Shown piece by piece: positions 35,421-47,789 of a DNA stretch of 50,833 bases. The stretch comes from Octopus bimaculoides (lineage: Eukaryota): positions 33,108,655 through 33,159,487 of the forward strand of contig NC_068981.1 of NCBI RefSeq assembly GCF_001194135.2, read 5' to 3'. How positions within the stretch are numbered: position 1 is the stretch's first letter; every line of letters starts with the position of its first letter. A program made the position numbers and the translations under genes. The notes below the pieces were generated by a model. The model was not told where the DNA came from, did no database searches, and saw only the letters and a program-made list of their open reading frames with translations.

Positions 35421-36190
35421 CTACCCAGGTGGGCGCCTTGCACATTGTGATCTTCTTAAATTGGGAAACTCATTCTCTTCCTCTTCTCCACAATCATCAT
35501 CCAACGAAGTGTCAATCCTATGAACAACCAAGACATAGCATGGCATTTCATCCACAGAGATGTTGATTTTGGAATTGACAGCCATCCCTATTCCTCTGTT
35601 CCACTGAGTTGAGCAGCATGCCATTGGTGGCTTGAGCCAGACTTCATCTCCCACCTCCACGAAGTTGGGCCCTCTCTCTTCTACAAGGCATCTTTTTGGT
35701 TTACTCGGATGCTGCCATTCATATTTGAATATCGCTATATGTGGTTTGGACTCTTTGGCCTGTCTTGATTGGGGCAATATGTTGTACCAGAACACCACTT
35801 CCGGTGGTGAGACATGTCCCCTCTCCGCCACGGCCTTGATCATTCGATGATGTCTCTCCACAATCCCATTTCCAGTCAGCCTGTACACTGCTCTAAAAAA
35901 GCAGTGCACTTTCCACCTGTCAAGTATCTCCTTCAGCACCTCTGAATGAAATGCTGTGCTGTTGTCCATCAGCAATTCATCCACAGGGCCCTGCTCTAAG
36001 ATAACCTAATTTAGAATACGTGCCATCTTGTCCGCAGTGCCTGTCCTCAATTCCCTCCTCACGCTTCCTCTTCCAGTCAGTCCTTTGACCATTGACATCA
36101 TGGCCCTCTTCTTCCGGCTCATCTCCACAATGCCTAAACAACCATGATGCAAACATCTCACACATAATAACAGTGTAAATCACTTCTGTT
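35421..36190 (-). mobile_element. Gypsy/Ty3 LTR retrotransposon remnant (integrase core and C-terminus)
   Basis: GPVDELLMDNSTAFHSE...FRAVYRLTGNGIVERHHRMIK (rve D...E with GNGxVER), followed by EVGDEVWLKPP; internally deleted; no matching LTR pair found. Confidence 0.8.
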
Positions 36191-36400
36191 ACACGTGCAT
36201 CGTGACTTTGCTTAAAATGAAGAAGAGTTGAGCATCTTCAACCTCATTCTCATGTTTGTGAGCATCTTCAGTCCAGTGACAAGACCAGGTCAAGACGACA
36301 AAGGATGGAGAAAGATGCACTGGATGACCAAGATGTCTTACTTGCCACATCTTGCTCTCTGCAAAGAGACGTTATTGTTCCACATATATTTCTGCACCTG

Positions 36401-36622
36401 TACAAGGGGGTGCTGTAAAGTTCTTGGCTTTGGGTAAAAGAAAATACAAGAGGATCAGTTAATTGTAATTTTATTCAACATAGTCCCTTCACAGATTCAT
36501 ACACTTATTGCAGCAACCCTTCAGTTTTTCTAAGACCTGTAAAAGAACTCAGAAGGTTAAGGCCTCCAACTAGGCCTTTCACGGTTCTCTTAAAGCCAGG
36601 AACTTTTCAGCACCCCCTCTTA
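36401..36622. mobile_element. Tc1/mariner-type MITE
   Basis: TA at both ends and ~29-bp imperfect TIRs (CAAGGGGGTGCTGTAAAGTTCTTGGCTTT / AAAGCCAGGAACTTTTCAGCACCCCCTCT). Confidence 0.75.
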
Positions 36623-37254
36623 CTACCCACTTTCTCTTTAACCTATTACAGTAAATGTAATCAAACCTAAGAATTACCAATGTTTAAGTAAACCATTTTA
36701 GCACCAGGTGCAAACTGCACATGTAAAAAAATCTCCTGGTGTGCATATGTGCTGAAAAAAGAAAATTCATCCTAAATTTCTCTACTGCATAAGCTGTAAA
36801 ACTATGAACTTGTATAACTTATCTAAAATTACTCTTTTGGTCTTGATACTGTCAGAATTTTTCATGTGGGTTCTTACAAACTTGTGTGGTTGTGATTTCA
36901 AACTTGATGGCAATGAGTGGCTCCCCACTCCTATTTTTGTTTTGGAATTAGGTTTCTAGGTGACTGATGTAGGAAAGAGTGAAGCAATACAGATGTGTGT
37001 GGAGGGTATGACTGATGTCATCTGTTTATGTTGAAGTGTGTGGGCAGATGGAGGAAGTATGAGTTGAGTGTAGGTTAAAACATGTGGGAGAGAGGGCAAT
37101 TATTTGTACATTATTCAGGAATCAATTTCTTCCAAGTATACGGCTTAGGAACATGCCAATGACTGAACTGGAACTTTGTATCTATTGCTCTCTGGGTGAG
37201 AGATCGCAGTTCGTGATGAGTTATCTGTGAAACAAGTGAGTGAGGTGTCAACTT

Positions 37255-37354
37255 GATGATAATGAAGATGGTGATGATGATGGTGATGATGATGCTGATG
37301 CTGATGGCAGCAATGATGATGGCAATGACAATGATGATGCTGATGATAATTTCA

Positions 37355-37388
<34 letters not shown>

Positions 37389-37437
37389 GGAGGAGGAGGA
37401 GGAGGAGGAGGAGGAGGAGAAGGAGGAGGAGGAAGAT
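37255..37437. repeat. Compound (GAT)n/(GAG)n microsatellite
   Basis: Seen directly; source of the poly-D/E, poly-S and poly-M/R ORFs. Confidence 0.95.
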
Positions 37438-38889
37438 GGATCTTCCAGTGGTTTCAATGATGAGCATTCAATTATTCAATCATCTGAAATACCTATAAAT
37501 TAAATTAACATATAAGTGACTCAGTACAGACATGAGTACCCTTGACATAATTCTGAAGCCAAATCAGCGTGATGTGCTTGGACATTTGAATTACAAATAC
37601 AATCCATCTAACAGGCTTACACACATTTCTAACCTATTTTATTCACAAGGCTTGGATTAACACAAGATTATGCTCCAAAATGCCATTGTGTACATCATGG
37701 GTTAGAGACTGAATCTCCAGATCCTATTATAGTTAAGCAAATGTCTTAACCATTCAGCAATTAAAACAATCTTAGTACTTAATTCAGTGATTGGTATTTT
37801 GTAAACTAACCAGTAAAGTTGTTCCCCAGGAGGGCGCAGATGAATGGTTCAAATTCCATCAAGTAAAAGTTTTTATGTCTTCCCCCTTATCATCATCATT
37901 ATTTAATGTCTGTATTTAATACTGGTATGGGTTGAATAGTTTGACAGGATCCAATTAGGCTGAGGGCTATGCTGATCTCCAGTGTCTGCTTTGGCATGGT
38001 TTCTACTGCTGGATGCTCTTCCTAATGCTAACTACTTTACAGAATGCACTGGATACTTTTCCAGTGGCACCAGCACTAGTGGAGTCACCAGATAACTTGC
38101 AAGAAAAAAAAAAACCTTAACTGAGTGGGGGTGCAGTATTGAAGAAGGTGTCTTTGTATTGAGAAGCTAAAGTATAAAAGCAGAGAAGGAACAGGTGTCA
38201 TGCTGTAGAGGAGATACATGACTACTCCAGCAGGAAAGGGAGAATGGATGGTGGAGATGAAGTATTAGGGTATATACTTAAAATACAAGAAGGTGGATAT
38301 AGAGAGAACAAAGGTAAAACTCTCTATGTCTCTATATTTAGTGTTTAGTATTTTTTTTTTACTCTTTAGAAAGTGGTATCCATAAACTCTTGTAAACCCT
38401 CTGAGATTGATGGAAAGGAGGGAGGGGGGAAGGTAGTCTTAACCTGAGACCTGAAAGCTTGTAACAACATGGAATGGAATCTGCTAAAGACACTCAAGGT
38501 GCTAGATGGCAGAGTTAAACCAGGTTAAGACCATCACTTCAATAAGCTATGGCAGGATTTTGAGCTCAGAATGCAAAGAGCCGGGACAAATACAGCCAGA
38601 CATCCAGTCCAACATTTATATGGTTCTGCCCTGGGCTAATACTTTTTATCATTCCTAAAAGGATGAAAGGAAAGTCTGACCTCAGCAGGATTTGAACTCA
38701 GTGCACACAGTGCTGAAACAAATACCACAAGTCATTCTATCTGATGCTCTAATGACTCTGCCAATTCACTGCTTAATACATATATTACTTTCTAATATAA
38801 CATCAATTAATGAAATTAAAAGACATTATCGACAGAAATATGTCACCTGAAGCAGCCTGCCTTTGGCAATATAATAGTGCTGTTCCAAA

Positions 38890-39130
38890 ATACACTTCAC
38901 AGATGTTCTGGGGTGCTTCATCAGTGATGTTTCTGGGGTCTCAGAAGGTTTTGCATCTTTTAACACTAGAAGCCTTGCCCAGTTAACCCAACCAGAGGTG
39001 ATCGAGTCCCAGCTTGCATTGTAGTTGCAGTAAACCACCCTTTATCCAAGGCAATCCAGAGGCCTCTTCTGCAACTTCATTAATAGAATATATGACCCTC
39101 CTCTTTGCTGCAACAATAACTAATGGCTAA
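38890..39130 (-). mobile_element. 3' end of an RLE-type (HERO/NeSL-like) non-LTR retrotransposon
   Basis: Minus-strand AKRRVIYSINEVAEEASGLPWIK resembles AEKASRWLWIK. It is followed by a UTR (GATCACCTCTGGTTGGG...GACCCCAGAAACATCACTGATGA) of the kind I recall for such elements. Confidence 0.5.
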
Positions 39131-40227
39131 TAATAATGAAAAATATCAGAGACAATATTTTTCCTTTGCTCTTAACACAGACATGGAAACAGATAACTGG
39201 CTTTCATTATTTGGTTATTAATATTGGTTTCAAATTTTAGCACAAGGCCAACAAGTTTGAGGGAGGGGTTAAATTGTACATTGACCCCCATCAACCTCAA
39301 AAGGATGAAAGATAAAGTTGACTTCAGTGGAATCTGAACTCAGAACACAAAGATGAACGAAATGCAGCTAAGAAGTTTGCCTGATGTGCGAACAATTCTA
39401 CCAGCTACCACCCTATTTTGGTCATTAATATTAGAATTATCTCCACACTGGAAAATTCTATCTTGGCTGTTCCGTTCTTTTCAAACATTATACAAAGATG
39501 AGGTTGTAGTTTTGTTGTTATCCAAGAATGGATACAATGTCCAGTAATTGGGAATGTACTTCAATCCAGCAGATACAAAGACAGTACAAAAAAAAAAACA
39601 AGTTCAACAGACACAAAAATCAGAGAGATGGTATCTCTCACTTCAGTGCTAGCTCTATAAAACAAAACTCAAAGCTCTCACCTTCTTGAAAGAATGTACC
39701 ACAAACAAGATGTTTGCTCAATCTGTCTTAGATAGCAGCTGAAACAGTTCTTTCTGTTTATATAGAACACTGTCAGAATGCAATTTATCAATGTTTGCTC
39801 TTCAGCTAGCCTTAATATGAAATATGTTTCAGTTGAATGAGACATCTATTTACTGTATCTCAATTTCATTTACTTACTGTACCTCAACAAAGAGAATCAA
39901 CCACACAGGTTGATTCTTTTTTATTTTATCTCAGCAACATTTTCAGTTCACATAAAACCAAAAGAACTTTATTTCAAGAACATAAGCATAGCACAACTTC
40001 TATATATTCAACTCAATCTTCTTGTCAATGTTGTAATTGAAAATCGTTATTCCTCTCTATATAAATTACTATCTCATTCAAACATATAATTACAAAATTT
40101 TAAAAGTGAACATGTAGTGTTTAGATATATTGATTTGTTGTACCACTTAGGCTGGCAGAGGGCTACACTTCTAATAGTATGTAGAAAACAAAAGATAACC
40201 ATTATATATAATTTATCACTGACTCTC

Positions 40228-41040
40228 ATCATCATCATCATCATCGTTTAACGTCCACTTTCCATGCTAGCATGGGTTGGACGATTTGACTGAGGACTGG
40301 CAAACCGGATGGCTGCACCAGGCTCCAATCTGATCTGGTAGAGTTTCTACAGCTGGATGCCCTTCCTAATGCCAACCATTCCAAGAGTGTAGTGGGTGCT
40401 TTTATGTGCCACTGGCACGAGGGCCAGTCAGGTGGTACTAGCAAGGGCCACACTCAAAATGTTGTTTCTTACATGCCATCTGCACAGGAGCCAGTCCAGC
40501 GGCACTGGCAATGACCTTGCTCGAATGTTTTTTCACGTGCCACCAGCATAAGTGCCAGTAAGGCGATGCTGGTAACAATCACACTCAAATGGTGCTATTT
40601 ATGTGCCACTGGCACGAGGGCCAGTCAGGTGGTACTAGCAAGGGCCACACTCAAANNNNNNNNNNTTTAGTGTCCAGTGAAGTAAAGGTACGAATAAGTG
40701 GGCTGGCTACACCCCTGGCAGAGGCCACGGATTATGGTCTCACTTGGCTTGCCGGGTCTTTTCACACATTGCATATTTCCAAAAGGTCTCAGTCACTAGT
40801 CATTGCCTTGGTGAGGCCTAATGTTCGAAGGTCGTGCTTCACGACCTCATCCCAAGTCTTCCTGGGTCTACCTCTTCCACAGTTTCCCTCAACCGCTATG
40901 GTGTGGCACTTTTTCACACAGCTATCCTCTTCCATTCTCGCTACATGACTATACCAGCGCAATCATCTCTCTTGCACACCACAACTGATGCTTCTTAAGT
41001 CCAACTTTTCTCTCAAGGTACTTACACTCTGTTGAGTATG
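40228..41040 (-). mobile_element. 5'-truncated RTE LINE: ORF2 end, 3' UTR (= family C) and (GAT)n tail; 10-N gap inside
   Basis: HTQQSVSTLREKLDLRSISCGVQER.LRWYSHVARMEEDSCVKKCHTIAVEGNCGRGRPRKTWDEVVKHDLRTLGL, colinear with the family C sequence. Confidence 0.85.
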
Positions 41041-41644
41041 CACACTGATATTCTCACCTTCATATTTTCTGCACATACTTCTCTAAGATTGCTACTAAAT
41101 GTACAGTATATGAGTAGTTGCATATTTTCTTGGTACACTTATTGATAACATCGTAAAAGTAATCTATTGTGTAAGCTTACACCTTTTTGATATGTTTATT
41201 AACCTTCCCTTTTTCAAAAGGAAGCTATAGACTATCTCAATATTGACTAGGAGTTGATTTCTTTAATGTAGTTCTTTCCTTTTCATGGTTAGATTCTTCA
41301 TAACCATCCTCCTGTATTCTTCTAGAACATTATTGTTTTTACCCTTCTGTTTCACACTATCATCACACAACATAACCAGTTATTTTACTGTCTTGCCCAG
41401 AAAGTAGTCTTCCAGACTTCACTGATTTTCTCTTCATGACAAGTGTAACACACTATTCAATATAAAACTATATCACAATGAGACTTCAATAAATTGATTT
41501 GCCATAAAGATTGAATGAATTAATGTGTCACAGGACAGGTGTCTTTCTTCATCTGAGATTCAAGAATTTAAAATGCTACCATCTCAATTAATGCTAGTGA
41601 ATGTTACTGAATGGAGAATGGAGTAAAGTTAGAGTGGTGTAGAC

Positions 41645-41915
41645 CAGTGCTACTCAAAATGGTGGTCCATAGACCGGTGCTGGTACACGGCGAGTTTCCA
41701 GAAAAGAAAGAAACATTATAAAATGCTTATGTAATATTGTATTATTTGTTTACAAAATAAATATAAGGTAATAAAAATTGTCAACTTTTATTACATTCAT
41801 TATATGTATTGTTTCCAGTATAAATTAATATTACTAAGAAATATTACCGGTCCCTGGCACATTGGAAAAAGAAAAAACTGCCAGTATGCCACATCAGATA
41901 GTTTGAGAAGCACTG
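41645..41915. mobile_element. hAT (Charlie-like) MITE
   Basis: TIRs CAGTGCTACTCAAA / TTTGAGAAGCACTG; left flank GTGTAGAC and right flank GTAGAC fit a partly deleted NTNTANAN-type TSD. Confidence 0.7.
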
Positions 41916-41942
41916 GTAGACAATAAGTTGATGTGTGGAGAG

Positions 41943-41990
<48 letters not shown>

Positions 41991-42379
41991 AGCTAATGAG
42001 AGGTGATGTGTAAGGTGAGCAAATGGGGAGGATGTAAATGGTGATGTAATGGAATAGGAGTGCTAGAGAGAACTAAAGTTAGTTATAAGGTAGATGTGAA
42101 GTGAGGTCAAAGGAATGGTGGGAAGGCCCAGTTCAAGTGAAGATGGAAATAACTACTAGACATGTATGTGCACACACATACACATATGCAAACACACAAA
42201 CATACACATACAGATGTATACTGGAAGAAGAAGAAGAAAAGGGATAGTAGAAAGGAGAATTGAGAAATGCCTATAGTAGGGATGGTCAAATATTGTACAG
42301 TACAACCTGACTGGAGGTGGAGGAGATAGCGGAAGTAGGGTGGAGAGGACAGCACAAGTTGGAAGAGAGGCTAAATGAT

Positions 42380-42419
<40 letters not shown>

Positions 42420-42502
42420 TTATATATACAATGTACATATAACACACATAGTATATACAACTATTTACATATGATATGCACATGAATATATAAAATTCAC
42501 AA

Positions 42503-42750
42503 GGCAGCAAGCTGGCTGAAACGTTAGCATGCCGGGCAAAATGCTTAGCAGTATTTCGTCTGTTTTCATGTTCTGAGTTCAAATTCCGCCAAGGTCGACT
42601 TTGCCTTTCATTCTTTCAGGGTCAATAAATTAAGCACCAGTTGCATACTGGGGGGNNNNNNNNNNNNNNNNNNNNNNGGGGGGGGGGGGTCGATCTAATC
42701 GACTGACCTCTGCTCCAAAAATTTTCGGGCCTTGTGCCTAGAGTAGAAAA
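42503..42750 (+). mobile_element. SINE family B interrupted by a poly-G tract and N gap
   Basis: Head and core conserved on both sides of the gap. Confidence 0.8.
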
Positions 42751-43129
42751 GAAGAGATAAAATTCACACACACATAAAAAAATATATATATGCAGCCCAA
42801 CATGAATACATTTAAGCCATAAAGCACCATAAAACTAAATGTATGAGTGCAGAAAGCAGTTTAGAATAGAAGACTGAATGAAAGGAAGTTGAGGCATATA
42901 CTCATGCCGAGTGGATGGGTTCTTAGGTTGAGAACTTTGGGTTTCTTTGTGTTTAAAGATATCAAACTATAGTTGGAGAATACAATAAACTGACTGGGTG
43001 TCTGTGAAATATTGGAGTGACTAGGTATGACAAATTTCTAAGATATAGCTTTAAGGACTCTCTAGCCATTACTACAGCTATCTACAGATGCTCACAGAAC
43101 CTATCAGTTGACCAGCAACCTGTTTTGCT

Positions 43130-43208
43130 TGTGGTGGTCGAACCGGTGAGTTAAGGGGACATAAACACACCCGCATCGGTTATCAAGCGATGGTGGGGGG
43201 ATACACAA

Positions 43209-43263
<55 letters not shown>

Positions 43264-43450
43264 NNNNNNNNNNACATATACGTATATATACAACGGGCTT
43301 CTTTCAGTTTCCATCTACCAAATCCACTCACAAGGCTTTGGTCGGCCCGAGGCTATAGTAGAAAACACTTGCGCAAGGTGCCACGCAGTGGGACCGAACC
43401 CAGAACCATGTGGTTGGTAAACAAGCTACTTACCACACAGCCACTCCTGC
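43130..43450 (-). mobile_element. SINE family A (with a small N gap inside its microsatellite)
   Basis: Reverse complement of the head and core sequence seen at 10051. Confidence 0.85.
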
Positions 43451-43699
43451 ACCAACAAACTACCAAACTTAAGAAAACAAAACTGGTACAGGATGTGATT
43501 TGTTTGACTAAAACCCTTCAAGGTGGTGCCCAAGCATGGCCACAGTTCAGATATTGTATCACTCTCTTCAGCCCTCATTCCAGACATTATTTACAGTAGT
43601 TGAGTAGATCTTTTTCATGAGTGAAGCTTCTTTTGAATAAATAATTATTGCTGACATACTGAACTTCTTTATATAGGTTAGGCAATGGCTGTGTATTCA

Positions 43700-44637
43700 A
43701 AAGACATCACAATTGGCAATGTCAGTGTACATGTTTGACAGAGTGTAAGCGTCTTGAGAGAAAAGTTAGGTATAAGAGGCATCACGTGTGGTGTGCAAGA
43801 GAGTCGTATGCGTTGGCATAGTCATGTGATGCATATGGACAAGGACAGCTGTGTAAAGAAGTGCTGATCCATAACTGTGGAGGGAATCTGTGTTAGAAGT
43901 AGACCCAGAAGACATGGGATGAGATGGTGAAGCATGATCTTTGAACCTTGGACCTAACAGAGGCAATGACTAGTGACCAAGACTATTGGCAATATGCTGT
44001 GCTTGAGATGAACCACGAAGCCAAGTGAAATTGCAGTCATGGATGATACTGATGTCACGTAACTGGCACCTGTGCAGATGGCACGTAAAAATCACCCTTT
44101 GAACATTAAGCTTCACAGAAGCAAAGTGTTTGAGCTCCTTTCAAGTGTTGGGCCTCACAGAAGCAATGACTGAGACCTGTTGTGCTTGAGAAGAAGGCCC
44201 ATCAAGCCAAGTAAAATTGCAGTCATGACAGATACCGGTGTCATGCAAACGATACCCAAGCCAGTGGCATGTAAAAGCACCTTTCAAGCATTGGGCTTTA
44301 CAGAGGCAAAGACCGAGACCATTTAGCATTATGCCATGCTTCGAGCGCTGGGCTTCACAGAGGCAATGACCGAGCCCAATTGGCATTATGCCATGCTTGA
44401 GAAGAAGCCAAGTAAAACTAGTCATGGCAGATACCAGTGTTACGCAAATGGTATTCATGCCAGTTGCACATAAAAGCACCCATTACACTCTTGGAACAGT
44501 TGATGTTAAGAAGGGCATCCAGCCATAGAAAACCATACCAAAACAGACTGGAGTTTAGTGCAGCTTTCCAGCTTACTAGCTCTGTCCAACCTATTCCAGC
44601 ATGGACAATGGACGTTAAATGATGATGATGGATGATG
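43700..44637 (+). mobile_element. 5'-truncated RTE LINE, older copy with rearranged 3' UTR and (GAT)n tail
   Basis: QSVSVLREKLGIRGITCGVQESRMRWHSHVMHMDKDSCVKKC*, then several AGAGGCAATGAC-containing duplications and the family C terminus. Confidence 0.8.
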
Positions 44638-44699
44638 AAATATATATATATAAAATTAAGATGAGGATTCCGATAGAATCAGGTACTTGAAAGGTATGC

Positions 44700-45597
44700 A
44701 TTGCTCTGTTGATTTGGGCGACTTCCACATGAATAGCTTCCTTCAAATTGTCCAATGTGCAGAAGTTATGCACATACACATGTGCCTTGAGGCTTTCTCA
44801 CAAGAAGTGATCACACATGGACAAATCAGGGGGCCAAGGAATGTCAGTAAACCTGAAAATAAGGTGGTCACCGAAGAGAGGGCGAAGACCGGCCATTGAT
44901 GCTCTGGTTGTGTGGACTGTCACTCCATCCTGCTGAAACCACACACATTGAATAGACATACGTTTTCATCGTAATTCAGGCACAAAGAAGTTATTTATCA
45001 TCTCGATGTAACACTCGGAGTTCACAGTAACAGCATTTCCATTATTGTAAGGACCAATGATGACAGCTTTTTCAACAGCACATCAGACTGACACTTTTGG
45101 GCTGTGCAGTGGTCTTTCATGCAGTTCTCTCGGATTTTCATGAGCCCAATAACAACAGTTCTGTTGATTCACTATGCCATTGAGATGAAAATGAGTTTCA
45201 TCACTCATTAACAAAAGAGGTTGTCATTTGCCTCAAAAACTGCTTCCATCTGACGTGTGAAGTTAAGCCACTGTGCATAGTCCCATGGTTTCAACTGTTG
45301 TCCAATGGCAATTATGTACAGGTAGAAATGCAAGTCTTCATGCAAAATACGCCGTACTGATTGATTGCCGATGCCAGGTTCAGTGGAATGCCTCAGAGCA
45401 GAGTGATTCGGACTCTGTTTGAAAGCTTGTCTGATGCGTTCCACATTTTCCAGGGTCCATACCATTTGTGGCACCCCCACCATTCGCGACGTCCCCACCT
45501 TTCGTGGTGCCCCCACCAGTCTCCTATTCATTAGTGTACCTCTTGTTTGAAGTGCATTTAGCCAATGTAAGATTGCATTATGAGCAGGAACAGACAC
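44700..45597 (-). mobile_element. DD41D-type (rosa/VS family) Tc1/mariner transposase pseudogene
   Basis: MSDETHFHLNGIVNQQNCCYW..ENP...KVSV*C..IIGPY...WFQQDGVTVHT...WPPDLSMCDHFL*. The D2-D3 spacing is 38 residues, which becomes 41 if the usual RSP of WPPRSPDL was deleted. One frameshift and several stops. Confidence 0.8.
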
Positions 45598-46870
45598 TTG
45601 GGATATCCCAGAAACAGTTGTAAGACTTCAAATTCACCTTACCCTAAATTATTATAAATGACTTGAGATACTTGTCCTAAAATATACTCTCCTTCATTTT
45701 CTACAATGCTCTTCCATCTATCTGGTAGACTTGGAAGGCCCCCTCTTCCAAAATTCTCTTGTCCTTGATGAAAAATACTCCTCCAGTATTGTTCTGACCT
45801 CATCTACAGAATTCATATTTTTTCTATGCATATGATTTTGAAGACTGCAGAATAAATAATAATCAGATGGGGCAATGACCGGCGAATATGATGGGTGGGG
45901 CATCATTTCCCATTCAAACTGCTCCATCCTTTGGAATGTCATCCTCACTGTATGAGGCCAGGCATTATTCTGATAGAAATTTGAAAACTTTCGTCTTGAC
46001 ACCACAGACAGACATTTTTCTTCTGGCACTGACTGAAACCGCTCAAGCTGCTTTCAGTAGATCCCTTTTGTTATCGTTTCATTTGGGTTTAAAAATTCAA
46101 AGTGGACTAAACCTTTCATATCCCACCAAACAAAGAACAACACCTTACGTTGGTGAACACCTTCTTTAGCCTGGGCTGTTGGTGTTTTACCTCTTCATAC
46201 TAATTGTCTTCAGCATTTGACATTTTTATAGAGAACCCATTTCTCGTCATCAGTCACTATTTGGTCGAAAAAAGGTTCATTTGTGAGACGTGGCAGCAAA
46301 GAAGAGCACACAATTAGACTCGGAAAGTTTGTGAGGAACCCATTGACCCAATTTGCTGACTTTTCTGATGGCACACAGGTGTTGATGAATGGTTGAATGA
46401 CCAAATCCAAGCTTCTCTGCTAGTTCCTCAACAGTTACAATGGGATTTTGTTCCACCAGGGTTTGCAAGATTTCCTTGTCAAGCTTTACAGATCTTCTAA
46501 GACAAGGTTTGTCTTCTAGGCTGTAGTTTCTGGCTTGGAATTTCTGGAACCACCATTGACACTAGCTTATGCTTATTGTCCAATCCCCATATACTGCATT
46601 AATATTCCTTGCACTTTCCATTGTAGTGTTACCTTTATTGAACTCATAAAATAACATATGCTGAATATACTCCTTTGTCACTTCCACTATAGCTTTGAAA
46701 AAATAACTTAAAATTGAACTGCATTCTTCAAAACTTGCACTAGGAATAAGTACAAGGTAAAATTACTACCTGCTTTTATAGTAAGTTCATGCAGGTAGTT
46801 TATCCTGTCCCCCATCGACTTTTAGTTCTTGCAATTGCAAAAACTGCATTATTTATGGAATGACCCAATA
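45598..46870 (-). mobile_element. Decayed mariner (DD34D) element, near full length
   Basis: WVPHKLSE, IVTDDEKWVLY and NNAWPH...HPSYSPVIAPSDYYLF motifs; 5' end TA-TTGGGTCATTCCATAAATAATGC at 46870, with a degenerate counterpart near 45598. Confidence 0.85.
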
Positions 46871-47789
46871 TACAAACATACATATAAAGAGAGAGGGGGA
46901 TGAGGGGAGAGAGGGGGGATGAGGGGAGAGAGAGAGAGGGAGGGAGGGAGAGATATATGTATGTCAGACAGCTATCGTCCTAAAAACGTTGACACTTTTT
47001 GCCATTGGTAAGAAAGGAATGTTAATATTTGTTTTTTTCAGTTTACACCAAGTCATAAATTTGTAGGAGGTGTATGTAATCATAAGAAACTCTATATATT
47101 ATTAACTCTTTATTACCTGAGTTCAGATATCATTGGAGTTATTTGGTTTATCATCCTTTTGCAATGAATAAAATAAATATCTCTTTTACTTGAACTTGTT
47201 GGATTATAAGTAAAATATGTATATAAGTAAAATGCATCCCTTCATTGGCCCTAAAAAAGCGAATCTTGTCATCATTATCCCTCTCTCTGAATCACAACAC
47301 AGATTCAGGAAAGCTCTGCATGATTGCATATCAAAAGATAACTTAGCCATTCACTAAAAGGATATCAATAAAATAAGTCCCAAACTGAAATAAGTACTGG
47401 CTGATATGTTTGTATAAAATGAAAGCTTTGAATGTTGTGCACCAGCATGGCCACAATTTAATGACTGAACTTGGAGAATAGATACAGAACCAGAGTTGTG
47501 AATGTTTAAAATTGCACGTATGTATTCTAATTTTGCAGTGGAAGTGTCTTGGTTGTAGAGATGGTCTACTAGGTTGATTTAACTGTTGTTTGGGGTTTTC
47601 ACTGATGAATTTTTGGCAAATTGTAACTCCAAGTATTATAACATTAATTTGATATAACTTGTTGTCCAATCATTGCAGAATTGTTTATTCATTATTTTCA
47701 TATATAATATAAACATTAGTTGGTTATTCATTATTTTACAGCTTTGATAATAATTGGTAAAAAAAAAAAAAAAATTTTTTTTAATTAGA

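Noticed and set aside
35200-35850. Plus-strand ORFs of 107 and 72 aa
   Set aside because: They overlap or adjoin the Gypsy integrase on the opposite strand; shadow ORFs.
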